This document shows, one piece after another, positions 56,641 through 64,000 of a stretch of DNA of 64,000 bases (position 1 is the first letter of the stretch; each line of letters starts with the position of its first letter). The translations under genes were made by a program, and so were the position numbers. The stretch lies in the NCBI RefSeq assembly GCF_009914755.1, contig NC_060929.1; one strand, written 5' to 3'. The notes beneath the pieces were generated by a model. The model ran no database searches. It worked only from the letters and a program-made list of their open reading frames with translations, and was not told the DNA's origin. The DNA is from the human T2T-CHM13v2.0 reference genome, Homo sapiens.

Positions 56641-56751
56641 AAAAGAGGAACTTGAATAGGCCCCAAGGTTGGGAGTAATTGATTGCCTGTTTGGGGTAAA
56701 TCTCAGAGGCAGCAGGAATGTTCCTTGCCTGAGACAGCTCTTCCCCTTATG

Positions 56752-57001
56752 CATTAGTCCCCCTTTATCCACAGGAGATTCTTTCCAAGACCCCCAGTGG
56801 ATGTCTGAAACTGTGGATAGCACCAAACTTCTATATTCTAGGTTGTTCCCTATACATACATACCTATAATAAAGTTTAATTTATAAATTAGGCAGAGTAA
56901 GAGATTAACAACAATAATATAATTGAATAATTATAGCAATATGCTAGATCATGGGTAAAAAAACTGCAGAAAGCAAAACCAAAGATAAGGGGGGATTTTT
57001 G
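56752..57001. mobile_element. Tigger-derived MITE, MER44-like, internally deleted
   Basis: TIR-like 'tagtccccctttatcc' and 'gataagggggga'; internal 'ccaagacccccagtggatgtctgaaactgtggatag'. Confidence 0.8.
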
Positions 57002-59009
57002 CGCTTAAAAATTCCACTCCTAGTACTTCATTTCTTTGAATTATGTCATTTTTCTTTTCTTGTTTCCTTTTTGAAAACCTGGATATTCTCACCAACCAGC
57101 CTCATTCTCCTCAGATGTTTTCTTCCATGTGTTTAGAGCGCTTTTTTGAGGTTTTGGGGTGGGAGGTGGAGGAGGGGCTGGCTGTCAGCGCCTCATTTTT
57201 GCCCCTTCTCCTGTCTCCTCATATTCTCCTCTTCTTACTTCCCCTTACCTGCAGCCATCTCTAAACACTCAGCCAAGCTCTAAGCTGTGGCTTTCTCCTT
57301 CCTGCTCATCATCTAGTACTTGTTCATCTCTTTTTGCATTTATGGAAGTTGTCAAAATATTCTTTGATTGTCCTTCCTTTTTCTCTCACTATCGTGGATT
57401 GTAACTTAAAAATTTTTTAAATTACCATGGTGGTGATGGTGTCTCCGAATGGGAAGTCGATAACTATTGATAGATTTTTAAAATATCCAGGAAACTCCTT
57501 TGCATGAAGATTCACTCTGATTTGTATTTAGTGTAAAACCCAATTTAAAAAATCTTATCAACTTAGTAATAACTATTCCTCTAAATATTCCTCTAAACGT
57601 TTGTATAGTACTTACGCAAGCGGTAAATCAATACTTATTAATTTAACAAATTATATCTCCCCAAATACTTAAACATTGGTTGCAAACTTATTTAATAAGC
57701 TCTTTAATAAACTCTTAGGAAGTTTATTACAAGTTTGCTATATTAGAATCTCTTCAATGCTGTAAGTACCTAAAATGTAGAAAACAACATATGCAAAATT
57801 ATTTAATGATTAATAAACTGATTATTAGAGTGTTTAAAAAATCCAACCTAGAGTTTGAATATCATAGATTTCTCCTTCTTTTTTTAAAAATTCTCTTACT
57901 ATTATACCAGTTTAAATTGTGTTTTATTTTTTATAAACTATAACTAGTTGGTTAAGTTTAACCCCCCCCAAAAAAAGTAATAAAAAATGTCTTCTGATGA
58001 TTACTGTCTTAAGTTTGCTATAGTTTTACCAGATATTATTTTACATCTCCCTAGGGTATATTCATATTTATCAGACTCAAAAAAAATACGCTTTTAAGTC
58101 AGTAGAAGTTTTAGAATTTGGGTTGGTACACAATTGGTTAAGATATGGGCCTTGGTTATGACGTCCAGTGTGATTCAAACTCAAGCCACTCGTCATTAGG
58201 CCAAATCCCCTCTTACGATCAAGACTTATTTGTCATGGTTCTCTGTATTTCATATGGATTAAAAATTTCATTTTAAATCTGGCGTCTTTTCCAGAAATGA
58301 TGTATGTTTTAAGTTTTACTGGGCTGGCATTATCTATTCCGTTGTCCTGCCATCACAATATATTGTCCTGATAGGTTAAAATTATTGGAAATTTATGTAT
58401 GCTTAATCAGGACTTCATTATTAATAGGGTTAGTTTGAGCTTTATTCTTCTAAGATATAAGGATTCAAGTCCACTTAGTTCCCTTTAGTCTTTGGAACAT
58501 AACTAATTTATCATCTTGGAGCATAACGCTAGACTTTTGTTTAAATTAGTTATTGTGTATGATCATTGGTACTAATGAGCAGCAGGGACCTCCTTCCACT
58601 TGGTTATTGTAAATAAATTGTAGTACTGGTCACCCTTCCTGAAATAGTCTCTACCTCTTTGGGGACCATTTTTCTCACATTCTGGGGGGATTTGTAAACT
58701 AAAAAATATATATTCATTTAAACCAAAATGCTCTTGAAATATGTAATAACACACTGCTACTTATTAAAATCAGTAAAATTAATTATGTTCTATTTATTCT
58801 TGTTTTGCGTTACAATTATCTTTTTGTATATTTTGTAATCTCTTTTGTGTACTGTTAGGCAGTCATGGCCTTATGGAGTTTTTCAATTAACTGGTGATCC
58901 AGACCAATTATGATTTTTTTTTCCTATGACAAAAAGCAAAGGAGTTGGCTTCAATGGAGTCCCACTGCCCAATTTGAGCATCGAAAATGAAATAATCATA
59001 GTTAATATA

Positions 59010-59621
<612 letters not shown>

Positions 59622-60112
59622 AGAGTCAGTTCCTGGGTGGGGTCACAAGATCAGATGTGCCATTTTATCAATCTAGGTCGTGCCAGCTAATCCATCAAGT
59701 GCAGGGTCTGCAAAATATCTAAAGCACTGAGTTTTGGCTTTACAATAGTGATACTATCCCCAGGAGCAATTTGGGGAGGGTCAGAATCTTGTAGCCTCCA
59801 GCTGTGTGGCTCCTAAACCATAATTCCTAATCTTTTGGCTAAAATTTGTTTGTCCTACAAAGGCAGTCTAGTTGCCAGGCAACAAGGAGGTTTATTTTGG
59901 AAGCAGGCTGTTATCATCTTTGTTTTAAACTATAAACTAAGTTCCTCCCAAAGTTAGTTCAGCCTATGCCCAGGAATTAACAAAGGCTTGGAGGTTAGAA
60001 GCAAGATGGAGTTGGTTAGGTCAGATCTCTTTCATTGTCTCAGTTATAATTTTGCAATGGCTGTTTCAAGGTCTTTTGTGGTAAGTATTGCTTTCTAAGG
60101 GGAAATTCTTAG

Positions 60113-60432
<320 letters not shown>

Positions 60433-62058
60433 CAGGTATGAACATTTTTAACTCTTTATATGAAAATAAGAAGAGTAATAATAATACCTAGTTCATAGGG
60501 TTGTTGTAAGGATGAAATGAGCCAATGTGTAAGGCACTTAGGATTGTTTCTAGCTCAGAGTAAGTATTCAGTCACTGTTGGCTGTGGCATTAGGGAATAC
60601 TGAACTGCCTCCACAGTGGCTCTACCCACTTACTCTACTACAAGCAGTGTTGGAGACAGCCAAGCAGGCAACTTCTGAGCACAGAAGCTTTCCAGGAAGT
60701 CTTGGTTTGTATTGCGAACAAATATCTCCCCAGCTGGCCAGTGAAGGTGGTTGCTACTGTGAAGGTTGGCTGCTCACCAAGAGGGACTGAGAGTTCCTAT
60801 TCGAAACTGCTAAAGTCTGACTCGCTGTCAGCTGCTATAGTGGTGGGTAAGGATAGAAGTCAGCCTGGGGACCACAGACCGGCCTTAATGCAACACATCG
60901 AAGGACTGAGTTTCCTGAATTTCTAGTAGGCAGCTAAAATTATGAGAGGCTGTGCTTCTGTAGGAAGATCTTCACATCCATTTCCAAGATGGCTCCCCAG
61001 TATCCTGAAAGCAGGAGGAACAGTGGATTTCAGCTCTGCAGGCCCTGTGCTAAGGGATGTGGGAGGTTGGAAAAAAAATCATAAGGACTGAATCATAGGA
61101 CCTTATGATCCTATGGACTCTATACTATAGAAAGGACTGTCATTGTTGTCCTCTAGTACACCTATCCCCAGGAGCTGTGAGTACTGTGGCTCATCACTTT
61201 TCTTCCCCATCCTCTCACTTCCTCCCAGCAGCAGCCAGTGACTGACTGATGTGGTCCTCAGGTGCAATAGATGCTTCAGAGCACTACACTCCACCCTAGC
61301 CTAAGGCTAAACTTTACTGGATACTACATTCCAGTTGAGCAACTTCCTTGCCCTATCCTGCTTCCTTCTCTCACATCTATCCCACCCTGCCACTCAGCAT
61401 GCCTTGGATAAATCAGGTACACCCAAACTTCTCTGTTTTTAGGAAACCTAACCTAAGACTGGGAGATAAGATTAGTCAACAAAGTAGACTATTCTTTGAT
61501 ATAGGTAAGCTACATCTATATAAGATACAGCTTACATCTGTATCAAAGACCTAGTTGTATCTAAGGGATGGGAGGAGGAGAGGGGAGAAGGTTACTTGCT
61601 GGAGATGCTAACTTTTGAGCTGAGTGTGTATGTATAAAGACATAGTATATATATATATTTATAACATAGATATATACTTAAAAGTAAGATGATTTCTTAT
61701 AATAGCAATTGTTATTAAAAAACTATAATGTTAGGTTTTAGGGGGATGTGATATAATACTATGATGTAGGATAATTATTTTGACTTTGTAGGTCTGTTCA
61801 GTATGGTCTGCACAGCTCTCTCAACATTGTATGTATAACTAAAGGTCAGCAGTCTGGTCGTCTTGCTCATATCCTGGTACCCTGATTCTACATTCCAAGC
61901 TGCCATTTATTTAACACATAGGTCTTGAGCATTTACTGTGTGCCAGGCATTGTATTATGCACTAGAATTTTTTTTTAAGAAAAGGATTAAGTTGATCCAC
62001 TGCTCTACTGTTCACCTCTCTAATTGACTTATGGGTAAAGTGGAGGTGATAAAATCCA

Positions 62059-62409
<351 letters not shown>

Positions 62410-63423
62410 TCAGGTCACAAAGAGGAAACTTGTTTAATTTCTTTATTTATCTGCTCTTATATTATTAGGCAGCAGAAAAGGCCCTAGTGTAAGGATTTTT
62501 GAAAGACTTAACAATTTTATTATGACATGAAAGAATAATCATGTTTTATCAAAGTCATCCTGCCTGTTAGCTACACATTAGAAGAGGGAATTGGAAACTC
62601 CAGAGCTTCATGCTGTTTTCCCTTCCAGGACTAGAAAGACCACGGAAAAGCTATGAGAAGTGTTTTGAAAAGTTGCACAGTATAATGGATAATAAACTCA
62701 GAGCTCTGAGATGTATAAACTATACAATTCAATAGAATTTGCTTTTTCAAAAGCAGCTGCAAGAAAAAAACCGAGAAAAACACACTAGACAACAGTAATC
62801 TTACACATAGCTAAAAATCCATCCCATGTTGTAGAAGAGGAAATCAATAAACACTTTCCAAGAATTGAAATTCTTTCCTCCCAGAGGGTAGAAAGGGATC
62901 GTTTTAGTGATCTCAAGATGGCAGCTCCAAAATGTATTTGCTCTACAATTAATTTTAAGAAAAAAGTTAAAACATCTAGCATTGATGTGTTAAATGGGGT
63001 GGGACACACTAAAAAAACTTTACTTTTTCACTGTCTCCCACCTAACTTTTTGCTCAAATGTACACAAGTGCACATGTGTATTCTCTCTCCGTCTCTCAGT
63101 CTCTGTCTCTGTCTTTCTCTTTTTCAGGGCCAATAATTCTTCCTGGGCCTATTGGTGTAAATAGGCAGATCCTGTAGCTTATCTTCAAGTTCTTAGATGA
63201 TAAAAAATCCACTAGACTTTTTAGTTGCTCAAGGAGTCTCAGTTTAGTAATTGTCTTGTTCCACGTAACAGGAAGGGCTTGAAACCTCAGTTAACCCTTC
63301 TCCTTTCACTAGCCTTGGCCTTGGCTGGCTTCTCTATTTCTCCACTTTTTCACTTATCCTCCTACTCCCTGTTTGGTTCCTAGCTAGGTAGTCTGGGAGA
63401 GATGGAGTAGGGGACAGGATGGA

Positions 63424-63949
63424 GTAAAGATGATCAGAATACGCCACCCCAAAATATGCCACTTTGGCATAAGGATTATTTTGAGCTGAAAGCAATTGAG
63501 AATCGACACATACAGGAAGAGTTCGCTGCCCAACCCTTATCTGCCTAAAAGCAGGGCATACATTTTCCCTTGAGAAAGGTACCCCCATTGTGCCAGAACA
63601 AAAAGAGAGATGCTTATCATTGAAGGCAGAAAGTCAACACCAAGATGAGTTTGCATAAACGGACGCCTTACCAAAATAACCTTTATCTTCCATTAGTCCC
63701 CCTCATATATTTCTTAGTCATATCCCCACAATTTATCATCCCTTGAAGCCCAAACCCCCTCTCCTTTGTTAAAAGGGTATATAAACCCCCAAGTCCAACT
63801 GCTTCTTTGAGTTTCACTTCTTTTCTGTGAACGCCCATGCACATAAATATTGATAAAAATTGTGTGCCTTTATCTGTCTTTTGTTAGTTTAATTCATAGG
63901 CCAGGTTCTGAACATAGGAGGGTAGAAGAAAACATTTTTCTTCCCTAAT
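63424..63949 (+). mobile_element. ERV1 solo LTR, MER34/MER39 family
   Basis: 'cagaatacgccaccccaaaatatgccactttggcataaggattattttgagctgaa'; TATA-like 'tatataaaa' near 63778; end 'ggagggtagaagaaaac...ttccc'. Confidence 0.75.
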
Positions 63950-64000
63950 GTAGAAAAGGGCAAGAAAGGATTTAGGAGACTGGCAGTGGTTTCTTTTTTC

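Noticed and set aside
62911-62926. CTCF/YY1-like motif tctcaagatggcagc
   Set aside because: Several mismatches to the CTCF core and an isolated short match; cannot be supported without ChIP data.

Overview
Human non-coding DNA, intronic or intergenic; the AluYb8 at 24641-24968 is a human-specific subfamily. I see no protein-coding exon I can recognise, no CpG island, no intact RNA gene and no CRISPR array. The listed ORFs are Alu-, L1-, VNTR- or low-complexity-derived, or of chance length. The window is a dense mosaic of transposable elements: about 18 Alus, many MIR/L2/L3 fragments, L1 3' ends, solo LTRs (MER57, MER34/39, MER50, LTR8, LTR16, MLT1-type) and MER DNA-transposon relics, separated by unique islands rich in homeodomain and TCF motifs. 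The most notable items are a rare SVA2-type VNTR retroposon with intact TSD, a 35-bp non-repeat duplicate 3 kb from its twin, an inverted MER50 fragment inside an LTR8-type LTR, two twin-priming L1 inversions, an Alu/LTR8 rearrangement scar, a TCF/LEF motif cluster and an unexplained AT-rich island. I found no convincing new multi-gene biological system. Repeat subfamily names come from my recall of consensus sequences and need RepeatMasker/Dfam confirmation.
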